A stretch of DNA of 64,000 bases from Eledone cirrhosa. Lineage: Eukaryota. Position 1 is the stretch's first letter, and each line of letters starts with the position of its first letter. Shown piece by piece: positions 13,920 through 27,529 of the stretch. Both the position numbers and the translations under genes were made by a program. Under the pieces are notes generated by a model. That model did no database searches. It saw only the letters and a list, made by a program, of their open reading frames with translations, and had not been told where the DNA came from. The DNA is taken from NCBI GenBank assembly GCA_964016885.1, contig OZ024751.1, positions 1,178,001 through 1,242,000 of the forward strand. Reading direction: 5' to 3'.

Positions 13920-14342
13920 TGCCCATCTGCCAGATAGTTGAACGTTCGAAAGTATATACTTTCCTTATGAAAATTAACGGCTGAGCAGCCTAATTTGCAT
14001 ATTGAGTGAGTTAAATCGGTCAGGCATACCGAAAACGATAAATTGAAACAAAATGAAAACGAAATTTCATTTCTCACTCTTAGTATGGCACTTACTTAAA
14101 TGTAAGTATGCATGTATACGTACATACATATATGTATACAGACGTACAGTAGCATGCACATATATATATATACTTATATATATACATATGCATACAGGTA
14201 CACATACATATATGCACGTATCAGTTTAGCGGCGCTTATTATAACGTCGCTTTGTTCGTTTGTAAACAAACTGAACAGCCTGAATTTATGCCATACGGTG
14301 TTAAGGCAACCACGTCACCTTTTTGTTCAACACTGACACAGG

Positions 14343-14387
14343 AACGATGTACTAGTTTCAAGCTTGTTAGCTATCATCAGCACCGTT
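14343..14387 (-). ncRNA. Minimal type-I hammerhead ribozyme (second tandem copy)
   Basis: Identical to 13875-13919, offset 468 nt. Confidence 0.85.
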
Positions 14388-14764
14388 TACCCATCTGCCA
14401 GATAGGTTTAGTATGTTTACAAACGAACAAAGCGACGTTATAATAAGCGCCGCTAAACTGATACGTGCATATATGTATGTGTACCTGTATGCATATGTAT
14501 ATATATAAGTATATATATATATATGTGCATGCTACTGTACGTCTGTATACATATATGTATGTACGTATACATGCATACTTACATTTAAGTAAGTGCCATA
14601 CTAAGAGTGAGAAATGAAATTTCGTTTTCATTTTGTTTCAATTTATCGTTTTCGGTATGCCTGACCGATTTAACTCACTCAATATGCAAATTAGGCTGCT
14701 CAGCCGTTAATTTTCATAAGGAAAGTATATACTTTCGAACGTTCAACTATCTGGCAGATGGGTA

Positions 14765-14809
14765 AACGGTGCTGATGATAGCTAACAAGCTTGAAACTAG
14801 TACATCGTT
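14765..14809 (+). ncRNA. Minimal type-I hammerhead ribozyme (inverted copy)
   Basis: aacggtgCTGATGAtagctaacaagcttGAAACtaGTAcatcgtt; predicted cut after 14802. Confidence 0.85.
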
Positions 14810-15136
14810 CCTGTGTCAGTGTTGAACAAAAAGGTGACGTGGTTGCCTTAACACCGTATGGCATAAATTCAGGCTGTTCAGTTTGTTTACAAACGAACAA
14901 AGCGACGTTATAATAAGCGCCGCTAAACTGATACGTGCATATATGTATGTGTACCTGTATGCATATGTATATATATAAGTATATATATATATGTGCATGC
15001 TACTGTACGTCTGTATACATATATGTATGTACGTATACATGCATACTTATATATATATATATATATATATATGTACTGTAGCGGCGATGAATTAGTTTTG
15101 CGAGGTTTTTTTATATGAAATCGTGTGTCGAAACAA

Positions 15137-15334
15137 ATATTGTTATACTTGGGGAGGGGGGTCATATTTGTGTAATATTGCCAGAATTAATAACAGAACA
15201 CACTCACTGTTTGGTTGGTTTTCGCTTTATAAAAGACAGCGAGAAGCGAAAACCAACGAAACAGTGAGTGTGTTCTGTTATTAATTCTGGCAATATTACA
15301 CAAATATGACCCCCCTCCCCAAGTATAACAATAT
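15137..15334. repeat. ~90-bp-arm hairpin of the tattgttatactttgggagggtcat PLE-terminus family
   Basis: 15137-15227 reverse-complements 15244-15334; same terminus at 22102, 28853, 41750, 63215. Confidence 0.85.
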
Positions 15335-15874
15335 ATGTACTGTCATTTCTCTAATGCGATGAGTGTGTTTGACTCTAATGCACTCAAGTGTTTTTATCTT
15401 ATATATATATATTATACATGCACACACACGCATATATATATATATAATTATAAGTTTGAAGAACAGGCAGATAAAATTTACCTTCTTCGTCCGTAGAAAT
15501 GAACTAAATAAATAATCAATTAAAAAGAGCTGAGCTAAAAATGTAAGTTTGAAGAAATAATAGATGAATGTCTATTCTTCAAACTTACAATTTTATATAG
15601 CTCTGATGAATAATTATTTAATTCATTCATTCATTGAACCACACCGTTGAAGGTAGGCTACACTCATATATGTATCTATGCGTATGTTTAAATATATGTG
15701 TCCCTTATGACTTTATATATATATATATATACACATATATTCTTGTTTATCGTTATCTATGGATGAGCTGAGGATAATGGAACAACCCTGAATAAATAAA
15801 TGAATATGAATCCACGAGTTATTAAGCGTCCATGGGAAGCTTTAATTCAGAGACAGAAAGCATGCACCCCCTTC

Positions 15875-18520
15875 TGTAGAGTCCATGGAGGCTACGGGTT
15901 TGGCACAAGGAATGAAGAAGGCTTCAGGCTTCTAGAATTTTGTGACACCAATGACATGTCGATATGTAACACAAACTTAAAAAAATCCGACAACCATCTG
16001 ATCACCTATAGATCAAGGGAGCATTCTAGTGAGATAGATTTTATCCTTATCAGAGGACGAGATAGATGGACGGTTGTAAACACAAAAGCCTTCCCTGGTG
16101 AGGAATGTACCTCCCAAAATAGCTTAGTTGCAAGTGACCTCATTGCCAGAACTAGAGGAACTAGGAAACAGAAGGCAACTTGGAGAAGAAAGATCTGGAA
16201 GCTGAAAGATTTGTGGTTGGAACAAGACCACAGGGAGAAGGAGAGTGACTTGATGGTGGAAGAATGGGGGAAGCAGGGCACATTACATAGAGACCAGGAG
16301 GGAAGTTAGGCGACAAGTATACTTAGCTAGAAGGGAAGTGGAGGACAGAAAATCCAAGCATGTTTTGCAGTGTCTGGACCCGAAACAGGAGGTGTTCAGG
16401 ATTGCGATGCAGTGTGTTAGAGAAAATTGTGATGTCATTGGAGAGAAGTGTGTCCGGAATGATAAAGGTGAGCTTGCCCTCACAAGTGCCATGAAAGCTG
16501 TGTGGGAGAGCCATAATGAAAGATTACTGAATGAGGTGAATGCCTGGGAGAAAGAAACCCTACCCCAAGTGGACCCTAAAGAGGGCCCAGAAATACAAGA
16601 CAGCAGCAGTGTAGAAAGTAAGGCAATTAAGGATATGAAGACTGGGAAGGCAACTGGTCTGTCGGATATAGCTGCCGAGATACTGAAAGAACCTGGGACG
16701 GTAAGTCACACCATAACCACACGTATTGTTAACCAGGTAATACTAGAGGGCATCATATCAAAGGATTGATGCAGCAGCAGCAGCATTGTTAACTACTAAA
16801 AGGGTAAAGGAGATGCACTAGATAGAGGAAACTATAGAGGTATAAAGCTGATGGACCAGGTCATGAAAGTAACGGAAAGAGTTATAGCACAGCTGTTAGG
16901 AGCCGGGTAAAACTAGATGAGATGCAGTTGGGTTTGTGCCAGGCAAAAACACCACTGATACCCTCTTCCTTGTGAGGCAGTTACAGGAAAAGTACCTAGC
17001 TAAAAGTAAGCCAACCTACCTGGCATTTGTCGATCTGGAAAAAGCCTTCGACAGAGTTCCCGGTGCTATAATCTGGTGGGCTCTTAGAAAACTAGGAGTA
17101 GATGAGGGGCTGGTGAAAGCTGTACAAGCCATGTATAGGGGAGCAGTCAGCAAAGTTAGTATTAACAATGACTATAGTGAGGAATTTAGAGTACAGGTAG
17201 GCGTCCACCATGGGTCTGTTCATAGCCCTCTCCTCTTTATCATCATACTACTGGTTATAACAGAGGAATTTAAGATCGGCTGCCTGTGGGAGCTCCTGTA
17301 CGTATATGATCTTACACTCATAGGGGAATCTATGGCAGAACTAGAGAAGAAATTCCAAACATGGAAGTAGGGACTAGAAGGAAGGGGTCTCAAAGACAAC
17401 CTGGCAAAGACTAAGGTCCTCGTAAGTAGACAAGAAAACAACCCAGATCCCCTCAGGGAAATAGCCTTGCTCAGTATGTAGGAAAGGTGTAGGTAGGAAC
17501 TCCATCCTCCGCCCCAAATGCAAACAATGGGTACACAAAAGATGTAGTGGGATCTCAGGAAGCTTAGTTGGGAATGTAGGCTTTACATGCAGCAACTGTA
17601 GTGGGACAGCAAGCAGCAAACGGCCACAGGAAACAAGCACCACCAAACTCAGGGAGGGCTCTGTAGAAACAGTAGACAGCTTTTGCTACCTAGGAGACCG
17701 AATTAGCAGCAGAGGTGGGTGTTCTGAAAGTACAGTAACCAGGGTAAGAATGCTAGCTGCGAAAGGCTTTTCCCTCAAAATGAAAGGCAGACTGTATAAT
17801 GCGTGTATACGAACAGCAATGTTAAATGGTAGTGAGACCTGGGCGTTGTGTGCAGAACACTTGCGTAGATTAGAAAGAAACGAAGTTTGCATGTTCCGAT
17901 GGATGTGTAATAGTAATATACGCGAACGGCAAAGCATAAAAAAATTGAGAGAGAGAGCCTGAGCATAAGAGGAATCAAATGTTGTGTGCAGGAGAGGAGG
18001 TTGTATTGGTATGGACATGTGATGCATATGAAGGATAACGGCTACATAAAAAGGTGCAGAGCACTAAAAGTTGATGGAAACTGTGGAGTGGGGAGACCCA
18101 AGAAGACCTTGGATGAGGTGATAAGAGCTGATCTTGCCCAATTGCACCTCTCAAAGGACTGAGACCTCTGGCATTACGCAGTAATACAGAAGACCCAACT
18201 TCCTGCGGGTACAAGCCAAAGCTGGAGCATATAGACAGTATAACCCTACCCTCTCCCGCTGCAAAGTGATCGTGGAGGTGCCACAGCAAAAAAGCACCCA
18301 GACCACACTGTAAAGTGGTCGTGTAAGCGCCACGGTAAAAAAGCACCCAGTACTCACTGTAAATGAGGTTGGTGTTAGGAAGTGCATCCAGCTGTAGAAA
18401 TCAAGCCCAAAGCAGTTCTGTATGAGCAAGACATGGTCAGCTGACCTGGCATTGCCCATGACTTTACAACCTGTCTAACCCAGAATGGACATAAAACGGT
18501 GAATGAATGAATGAAATGAA
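15875..18520 (+). mobile_element. Degraded RTE-clade LINE with PHD-like finger inside ORF2
   Basis: HGGYGFGTRNEEG/IDFIL (APE C-term), FVDLEKAFDRV, GVHHGS, Cys cluster at 17460-17600, NGSETW, 3' UTR and (TGAA)n tail. Confidence 0.93.
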
Positions 18521-18973
18521 TATATATATATACATACATACACACACTATATATATATGTATATGTATATATATGTATATATGTATATATATATGCATAT
18601 GTATATATATGTATATATATATGTATGTATATATATATATATACATATATGTATGTGCATATACATTTAATATTTCGTGATAAATACGTTTGTCACTCAA
18701 ATCAAATCTTGAGCTAATATGGTCCTCGTGCATATGGTGTCAGATCTTAAGCTAATATCTGGTCCCCGCGTATATGGTGTCAGCCATTGCAGCCTTAAAT
18801 GGCTGACACCATCCGCTCCAGACGCCTGTGATCCTCATGCATGTGCGGCTTCTGTTCAAGAAGTTGTGTGTTCACTGGTTGCAACCAACTTAATCCAGCC
18901 TCGGCGACCTCCAAAACAAGCACAAAAATTGTATATCTTCTTGCTGCTTTCATTTTTTTTTTTTAGAAAAGTC

Positions 18974-19253
18974 TTAACCCTTTACCACTTACATTACTCT
19001 ATATTTACTGTTATATTTTTACGGTAAAGGCTTTACCTCGCATAATATCAAATCTATGGCAGAATTCTTTCACCTCTTTTTGTTCAAACTGGCTGTAACC
19101 AGCCACTCATACTGACGTTAAGGTATTGTTCTCAAAATAAATAATATGAAAATATCGTAGATTCGATATTATGTGAGATAATTATGTTAGGTGAAGACTT
19201 TACCGTGAAAACATAATAGTGAATATGGAGTAATGTAAATGCTTAAAGGTTAA
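18974..19253. mobile_element. piggyBac-type MITE
   Basis: TTAA-CCCTTTA...TAAAGG-TTAA termini, no ORF. Confidence 0.6.
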
Positions 19254-19271
19254 AATGTGTCTCCTCAACAG

Positions 19272-19419
19272 AATATTTGTGCAATATACAAAAGAAGAAG
19301 TGTTGAGTTGACTGTACTCACCTGCGATTCGATCTCGCAACTAAAGACTAAATGTCTTGTGGCCTACCAACATGAGAACATCAACTCTGTCCTGCCCAGT
19401 TTAGAGAACATCCAATTAG
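19272..19419 (+). CDS. Plexin-like exon, RBD first half: NICAIYKRRSVELTVLTCDSISQLKTKCLVAYQHENINSVLPSLENIQL
   Basis: ctcctcaacag/gtaaac, phase 0-1; VLTCDSISQLKTK matches the plexin RBD motif. Confidence 0.9.
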
Positions 19420-19484
19420 GTAAACAGTTACTATTTTTGTCTCCATTTTACTTCTTATTTTCTAACTTCATGAACAAACCTCTT

Positions 19485-19850
19485 CTTATCTTATCTGTCC
19501 CGTAATCTGGTGGACGGTTAGGGCACCACAGATGACCTGCCAGCCAACTCCTTCCATTGCTCTCACCCCTCCGCCTTCCTCATGGTTGCACTCAGCCTCA
19601 TGCCTGCCGATTCTGGGATGTGGTCTTCCCATCTCTTTCTCTGTCTTCCTCTCTTCCTTCCTCCTTGTATTGTTCCCTGCAGGACAGTCTTGGCAAGTCC
19701 TGAAGATCTAGTCATGTGCCTGTACCATCTCAATTTGCGTTTTTTGACAATGTCCAACAGGTCTTTGTAGGTTCCGATGGCTTGCCAAATTCCGTTTCAC
19801 ACCTCCTCATTGGAGATGCGGTCTCTGTAGGTGATGCCAAGGAGCTTTCA
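19485..19850 (-). mobile_element. RTE LINE 3' fragment
   Basis: VKKRKLRWYRHMTRSSGLAKTVLQGTIQGGRKRGRQRKRWED. Confidence 0.9.
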
Positions 19851-19879
19851 TGAACAATAGAATATCCTAAATTCTGTAG

Positions 19880-20010
19880 AACATCGGATAGAATGCTTTA
19901 TGGTATTCCGGCTCTCTGCTCTCTGAGTTCAAATCCCGCCGAGGTCAACTTTGCCTTTCATCATTTCGAGGTCAATAAAAAAAGTACCAATCTAATACTG
20001 GGGTGGATTC
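19880..20010 (+). mobile_element. tRNA-derived SINE fragment
   Basis: ctgagttcaaatcccgccgaggtcaactttgcctttcatc. Confidence 0.8.
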
Positions 20011-20358
20011 TTCCTCTATATCTCTTTCTCATTTCCTCTCTTTTACTTTCGTTCTTTCTCTGGAAGATGAGGGACGGGCTCCGCCAGACTTGAGATGCCC
20101 CCAAAACGCTGTATGTCAATGCAGCGCCCCTACAACTCTTTCATGAGTTACAGGACCATCTCATACCATGTAGAATGACGCCCAGCCAGAGAACGTTTTC
20201 TCATATACGGTACAGAATATAGCAGACACACACACACACACACACATGCACACACACACACATGCACACACACGCGCGCACACATATATATATATATGTG
20301 TGTGTGTATGTATATATATATATGTGCACACACACACATATACACACACACACACATA

Positions 20359-20452
<94 letters not shown>

Positions 20453-20457
<5 letters not shown>

Positions 20458-22071
20458 AAGAATGAAGAGTAACATGGTTGGCTGTACAACAAGGGGATTT
20501 ATTTCAGGTATTGACAATTGTTTCATTGATCAAGTGAGTCTAGAGGCCGCTAATCACTCGAAGTTGCATCACTCGACCTCCATTACATTATTTACCTCTG
20601 ATCAAATCCTCAGAATACAAAGAAAATTCACACAAGGCAAGTTATATATAGAGAAATAGCGTATAATCAAAACAATAACATCAATAATAAAATATATATG
20701 ATAAATAGGTAAAGAAGTTACAGATCTAAAAAGTAAAAGATAAGAAAACAGTAAGAAAATGGAAAAATAATAGAAATATAAAGAAATAAGGATAAGTGAG
20801 AGCATATAAGTACAGAATATGATAGTGGTGGTGGTGAATACGTGTCTGTATAAGGATTCTGTGGTGGGTTTAGTGCTAACATGAAAAGTCATATTTGAAA
20901 CATACATAGATACGTGTAGAGAGTCTGAGGTATTGACAGATAAAAGAAAAAGCAATAAATTAGAGATTAATTGGGAGATACTAGTATGAGACCCAAGGGC
21001 TAAGTGTGGATGGTGAAGGGAGGTTTGACAAATGTGTGTGGTAAATGTTTTGCTGATTGTCTTGTCTTAATGGCGTTGATGCGGTTTCAGGGAGAGAGGG
21101 TGAAAGAGATGTTAAGAGATTTATGATCTAGTGACCAGTCGGCCGTTTGACAGCTTATAGCGGTGTAGTGGTGTGTATTCCATACGTTAAAATCCAGGTG
21201 GTTCAGTTCTAATTTTGGGATTGCTGGGTCGAATCACGGTGGTTTGAAATTTGTGAACTTGGTAGCTATTTTATGCCTACAGAAAATTGATCTTTCTATT
21301 TTGCTGTTAAGCAGCATCTTATCGTACCTTAAAATATGGAATAGCTCCATATTGCAAAGTCTGCAGTGGGACATTCCATTTCTGTAAGCTCTTGCTCCCG
21401 ATAATTTTGACCAGCTAATCCTATATTCCTGGTTTGTGTTTTTAAGCTGCCAGATTTTATTGGCGAGTGTTGTAGAGTTCTCCAGTCCATGGTTCTTTAT
21501 GGAGATCTGTGAACGTACCACCTTCTTTTGAACTCCCCAACCGTGGAACCTATGTAGTGCCAAGTAAAGTTGCCTGAATTTACAGTACACTTTTTTCTTT
21601 ATATTTCTATTATTAGTATCTTTTTTCTTATCTTTTACTTTTTACATCTGTAACTTCTTTACCTATTTATCATATATATTTTATTATTGATGTTATTGTT
21701 TTGATTATACGCTATTTCTCTATATATAACTTGCCATGTATGAATTATTTTTTGTATTCCGAGGATTTGGTCAGAGGTAAATAATGTATTGGAGATCGAG
21801 TGACGCAACTTCGAGCGATTAGCGGCCTCTAGACTCACCTGATCAATGAAACAATTGTTAATACCTGAAATAAAGCCCCTTGTTGTACAGCCAACCATGT
21901 TATTCTTCATTCTTTCACTATTATTACTCCAAGTATACATAGGAATTAGCGCGAACTCGCTGCCTAACTATGGAAACATCTTGTTGAGTTAAACAAAGCC
22001 GTACGTTAAAACTATCCACGACGCAGAGTACTCACAACCTCTAACTGGATTACCTATAACGATAACTTATC

Positions 22072-22075
<4 letters not shown>
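20453..22075 (-). mobile_element. Short PLE: GIY-YIG C-terminus + 3' pseudo-LTR, with inverted pseudo-LTR at the 5' junction
   Basis: ORF 21234-21590 NSTTLANKIWQLK...CRLCNME...LLNSKIE..FCRH; 20453-20786 inverted at 21595-21921. Confidence 0.9.
20508..20618 (-). ncRNA. Type-I hammerhead with ~82-nt extended stem II
   Basis: gtatt-CTGAGGA-tttgatca...tgatcaat-GAAAC-AATT-GTC-aatac; mutated + strand copy (CCGAGGA, GTT) at 21754-21864. Confidence 0.8.
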
Positions 22076-22107
<32 letters not shown>

Positions 22108-22204
22108 ATACTTTGGGAGGGTCATGTTGTCAATAAGAAACACACGCACCAGTTGCTTTCACTTCAATTTATTATTATAATAAATTTATAACAAATTCAG
22201 AAAC

Positions 22205-22262
<58 letters not shown>

Positions 22263-22320
22263 GTGAGGTTTTTTTTACAAAATGAAAAATAACCGAGGTG
22301 TCCTACACGAATGAAAGTAT

Positions 22321-22436
22321 AAAGAAAAAGAGACGAAATCGAAAATGCAACTGGAGTCTTATTTTTAAAAAAAATATATATATTTAAAAAAAAAATAAGA
22401 CTCCAGTTGCATTTTCGATTTCATCTCTTTTTCTTT
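22321..22436. repeat. Near-perfect palindrome centred on (TA)n
   Basis: aaagaaaaagagacgaaatcgaaaatgcaactggagtctta / taagactccagttgcattttcgatttcatctctttttcttt. Confidence 0.85.
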
Positions 22437-22451
22437 ATATATATATATATT

Positions 22452-22674
<223 letters not shown>

Positions 22675-22703
22675 ATATATTTGTATATATATATATATTT
22701 ATA

Positions 22704-22740
<37 letters not shown>

Positions 22741-22755
22741 TATACCCAATGCATA

Positions 22756-22831
<76 letters not shown>

Positions 22832-24299
22832 TATATAATAAAGAGGAAAATGCGAAGTTGAAGATGCTAGGGTCCTTTATTAATTGAGCCGTTATACATA
22901 TTTCAATGACGATCGATATCATGATTTATTCAGATAGCAAAAATTGATTAAAAGGTGATTTTGGGTGGAAGGAAGCAGACTAAAGAATGTGTATGTTTTT
23001 GCTTCCAGTGCCCGCTCCCTTCTAATTTTTCAGGACCTCCTGACCGGCCCTGCTTAGTCACAGAGGTGTGGGTGGCTGACCACTCAACTACAATGGAGAA
23101 TACCACCAACCTTATTTGTTCTCTCTATTTACCAGTCCCCCACCACCTCAGCCGACAACCCTATACAGTCAGTTGGAGTTCAGACCAGCCAAAATTTATT
23201 TACTGCTAGCTTTGGTGGCCAGCAGTATTTAGTGCCTTCATATCTGCTACCTGTTTATGGTAGGATAATATATTGACCATCGATCTCAAACTGAGAAAGT
23301 TACCTACTGCTATGGTTAATATAACTTATAGAAAATATTAAAGGTTTCACAACCAGAAAATCCAGAAAAAAAAATTATAGAATTCAGACATTAAGAGTTA
23401 ACAGTTAGATGTCTGGAAAACTATACAACAGTCAATATGCCAAGAATAAATCTACCTGGCAAAGTGTATATTTGTATTAGGGATTTGGTTCAGGGCTGGA
23501 TATTAACTTATGACTTCCCATGGAAAAAACTGACCTTATCGAGAATGACAGGAAATATTTAAAGTATCTAATGTAACAAATGTAAAAATTAAGTAATCAA
23601 GTAGTTGGTATCTCAGTCAATCCGGTGGAGACAATATAATACATTGATGATTTAAGGGAAAATATAAGAAAAGGTACAAATGAGTAAGGATGAATGGGAA
23701 AAATGGGATTATAAGGAAAATAAAGGAATATATATATATATATAAAGGTAAAAACAGGTAAAAAAGAATTATAGAGAGAATGAATGGGAGGAAATGCAGG
23801 AAAAGGAAAAATTGAAGGAAAAATCTGTGATTAGTGTCTGAGTGGGGGGCCAGTTAGAGAGAGTCAGTTATATTCACAGTGCTTTGGGTGTTTTGGTTCA
23901 TGCAGTTGCAGCCGGGTGCACCTCACAGGCTGTCCGTGGCTAAATGAGGCAGGGTGGGATCCGGCAAGAGATCTGCCTGCCAGGGTGTTGCATGTAGAAT
24001 AAGAGGTAGTTGTGGCTTTTGGCTTCCCATTAATCCGTTCGAAAGTTGTTCCATAGTAAATTTCCATTACCGTTATTCAGGTATCTGGGGTGTAGTCTGC
24101 CTTACTTCATCAGATTGGATTGTATCAAAAAGTGCTCAACATTAGGAGTTAAATATATTCGGTATTGTGGCGGACCCTAACATCTTCACATTCTCCTCTT
24201 TATTAATATACTCCGTCTTGTTTTAGGAAGTAATATGACGTTGAGTGCTAGAATTCCATGCGTAACACAAGTATGTATTGCGGGAATAAAAAATAAAAA

Positions 24300-27200
24300 T
24301 TAATACAGAATACCAAATCACTTGTCCTATGGAAGCGCGTCCCTCAGCAAGGTGCCAACCTGAGATCGAAAAGTCCTCCTTTGGCACAAACTCTTCTCCG
24401 ATTATGGACCTGGATGGTCACTTGAATGGGGATTGCTCCAACTTGAGAATCTATGAAGGAATTGAAACAGAAAATACTGAATGAGTTTGCAGTTGTAAGA
24501 CATACTAGTATAAATATAGAGAACCACTTCAAAAACTCCCAAATACAATCCAAAATAAAAACCAAATAATGATTGGTAACTCTGTAACAAAAGAAATAGA
24601 AGAATTAGAACCTGATCATCTAGCAGATGCATAAATGAAATCATTTATGCATCTGCTAGAGTAATTAAAACAAGTTGTTTACCTAAAAAAAAAAAACAAA
24701 GAAAGTCTAACTTGAGAAGTAAAGCAATTGGGAGGAGTAGAATTGAAAAGGAGATTGACTTAATGAGAGGGGAAATAGCTTTACTTAATGAACTAATCAC
24801 TGGAAATGTTGTAAGATCCAGGAAGGGAAGAAAGCTAAAGGGAAAATATGGACATTTTTCTAGAGAAATACTAATATCAACAAAGGAAACTCTGAAACAA
24901 AAAGTCCAAGTAAAAGCCCAATGAATTCGTAGATTTGAGAAGCGAGACAACTTCTACAGGCAAAATAAGTTGTTCTCATCCAATGCCAAGTCATTTTATG
25001 AAGAAATAGGAAAGGAGAAAATAACTATTGAAGACCCTCCGTCCATAGAAGAAGTTGAAAACTTTTGGAGAAAGATTTGGAGTGATGAGAAGTCATATAA
25101 TGCTAATGTAGATTGGATTAGTCGCTTGGAAAAATCTTACACAAATTTACAAGAACAGGCATGGGGAGACTTAAGGACAGCACTCAATAAAGCTCATAAG
25201 TGGAAATCTCCCTGTAGAGACAGCATGCCAAATTTCTGGCTTTCCTCACTCCCGTGCACTCACAATATATTAGTCAAGCTGTTCAATGGAATTATGAAAA
25301 ATACACCTGACTGGATAGCAAGTGGCATTACCTACCTTCTCCCAAAGAACAATGAAACTAAGGATCCAAAAAACTATCTGCCCATAACCTGCTTGTCCAC
25401 CACTTATAAACTATTAACTTCTTTTCTTATGTTTTTGGAGGAGAACAATATTTTCCCCATTGAACAAAAAGGGCACCGACAAGGTTAATATGGTTGTAAA
25501 GATCAACTCTTGATTAACTGTCATAATAAACACAGAAATCTTAGTTCTGGATGGATCGACTACAAAAAAGCTTTTGACAGCATACTGTACTCATGGATTC
25601 TGAAATCACTGGACATCTTCAAAATCTCACCTGTGATTTCAAACTTCCTGAAACACAATATGTCATTGTGGAACACAAATCTCCAATTATTTCATTCCAA
25701 TGGAGTACTAAGTTCTAAGAATATTAACATCAACTGTGGCATTTTCCAAGGTGACTCACTTTTTGTATAGCTTTAATACCTCTTACACCCGAACTTAATA
25801 GAACAGGGTACAGTTACAAAATGGAAAACAAGAAAATAAGCCACCTATTTTATATGGATGATTTGCAAAGACAATGACGAGCTGGAAGGCCTTTTGCGGA
25901 CAGTAAAAACATTTAGTGATGATATCAGTATGGAGTTTGGACTTGATAAGTTTGCCAAAGCCACTTTCAAGAACAGGAAGCTTGTCAACTCAAACTCAGC
26001 TGAATTTGATGCTGAAACAGTCATAAAAGAACTTGAGCAGGAACAAACCTATAAATACTTAGGGATTAATGAGGGCTCTGGCATTCAGCATGCAAGTATG
26101 AAAGAAAAGATAAAGAAGGAATGTTACAGGAGAGTACGTGCATTTCTGAAATTAGAACTAAATTTTTGGCAGTTCTCACTTATAGCTTTGGTGTGTTGAA
26201 CTGGAATCGGCACCAAAATCCATAAGTTATTGACCTGTAATAGGATGCACCACCCGAAAGCAGATGTGGATCATCTTTACCTTCCTAGAACTCAAGGAGG
26301 CCGTGGCCTGATCCAATTTGAACTTACCTACAAGACCACCACTATTGGACTGGCCAAATACCTTGAAACAACAAACGACTGTATGCTGAAACTTGTTGAA
26401 AAACAAGAGAGAAGTAAGAAGCTTCATTCTATCTTGAAGGAGAGCAAAAAATATGCTACTGATCTCATGTTTGATCCCCAGGTTGGACAGACTGAGGAAA
26501 CTGTTGCAATTGTTGCTGCTAGGCAGATAAAATTAATGGCAAAAGCAAAAGGGCAAGAGCAATTAGCATCAAAGTGGGAGCAGAAACCTCTGCATGGCAA
26601 ATATCTGGCCTGTAGCAAACAAGCTGATGTTGACCAAAACCACACCCAACAGTGGCTACGTAGCTCAGGGCTAAAAGCAGAGAGCGTAGGCTTCATCTTA
26701 GCTGCCCAAGATCAAAGCTTACTGACATGGAATTACCAGGCCAATATGATGAGAAATGGAGTAAATCCAAAGTGCTGATTCTGCAATGTTGAGGTTGAAA
26801 CAGTTGACCACCTAGTTTCTGGATGTAAAGTTTTAGCCCCAGTATAATACAAATATAGTCATGACAGAGTTGGCCAATATCTACACTGGATAATATGTCG
26901 GCATTACAAAATCAAAGCTGAAGACAAGTGGTACAATCATCACCCTGAGGCTGTAACTGAAATAGAAAAAGTAACAATTCTTTGGGACTTTCCTGTACAC
27001 ACTGACTGGACCATTAAAGCAAATAGACCAGATACCATTGTAAAAGATCAACATAACAAGGTCTGTTTATTGATAGATATGAGCATCCCATGTGATCATA
27101 ATATCGCGGCAAAAGAATTCGACAAGCTAAGAAAATATAAAGATTTGCTTATCGAAATAGAAAAAATGTGGCACCTCAAGGGCGTTACAATACCAGTGAT

Positions 27201-27489
27201 TGTGGGAGCCCTGGGAATGATGAAGAAAGGAACAGAACAGTATTTGAGAATGATTCCTGGTTTGCCCTCTCTGCAAGAGGTACAAAAAATTGTTTTGACT
27301 GGTACTGCCCAAGTATTGAGAAGAGTGCTATCTCTCTAAGAATGATTTCCCTCTGTAAGAATAAGCTGTAAATTATATTCAATATATTAACTGGATTACC
27401 AATGTATACAATGAATTTATTTGCCCTAGGTGTCAGGAAGACGGCATATATCACAATACTGAAGGAAAAGGAAAAACAATAAAAACAAT

Positions 27490-27495
<6 letters not shown>
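24300..27495 (+). mobile_element. Degraded R4/Dong-clade retrotransposon (RT + CCHC + restriction-like endonuclease)
   Basis: NYLPITCL, WIDYKKAFDS, GIFQGDSL, LFYMDD, C..C....ETVDHLVSGC, NRPD, IDMSIP..KEFDKLRKYKDL; (AAT)n tail. Confidence 0.93.

Positions 27496-27529
<34 letters not shown>

Larger units (their letters stand above)
13572..15048 (-). mobile_element. Non-coding 468-bp unit in tandem (about 1.8 copies) plus inverted copy; candidate retrozyme or non-autonomous PLE
   Basis: 13572-14039 repeated at 14040-14405; ~14412-15048 is the reverse complement of ~13635-14270; near-identical copies; both ends in (TA)n. Confidence 0.85.

Noticed and set aside
13992-14000. Octamer ATTTGCAT in the 468-bp unit as a promoter element
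   Set aside because: A single 8-mer in AT-rich DNA with no accompanying PSE or TATA evidence.
24060-24125. Minus-strand CTGATGA...GAAT..GTA hammerhead (also weak candidates at 4115-4170, 9884-9922 and 15603)
   Set aside because: Core or stems too degenerate to call; may be decayed copies.
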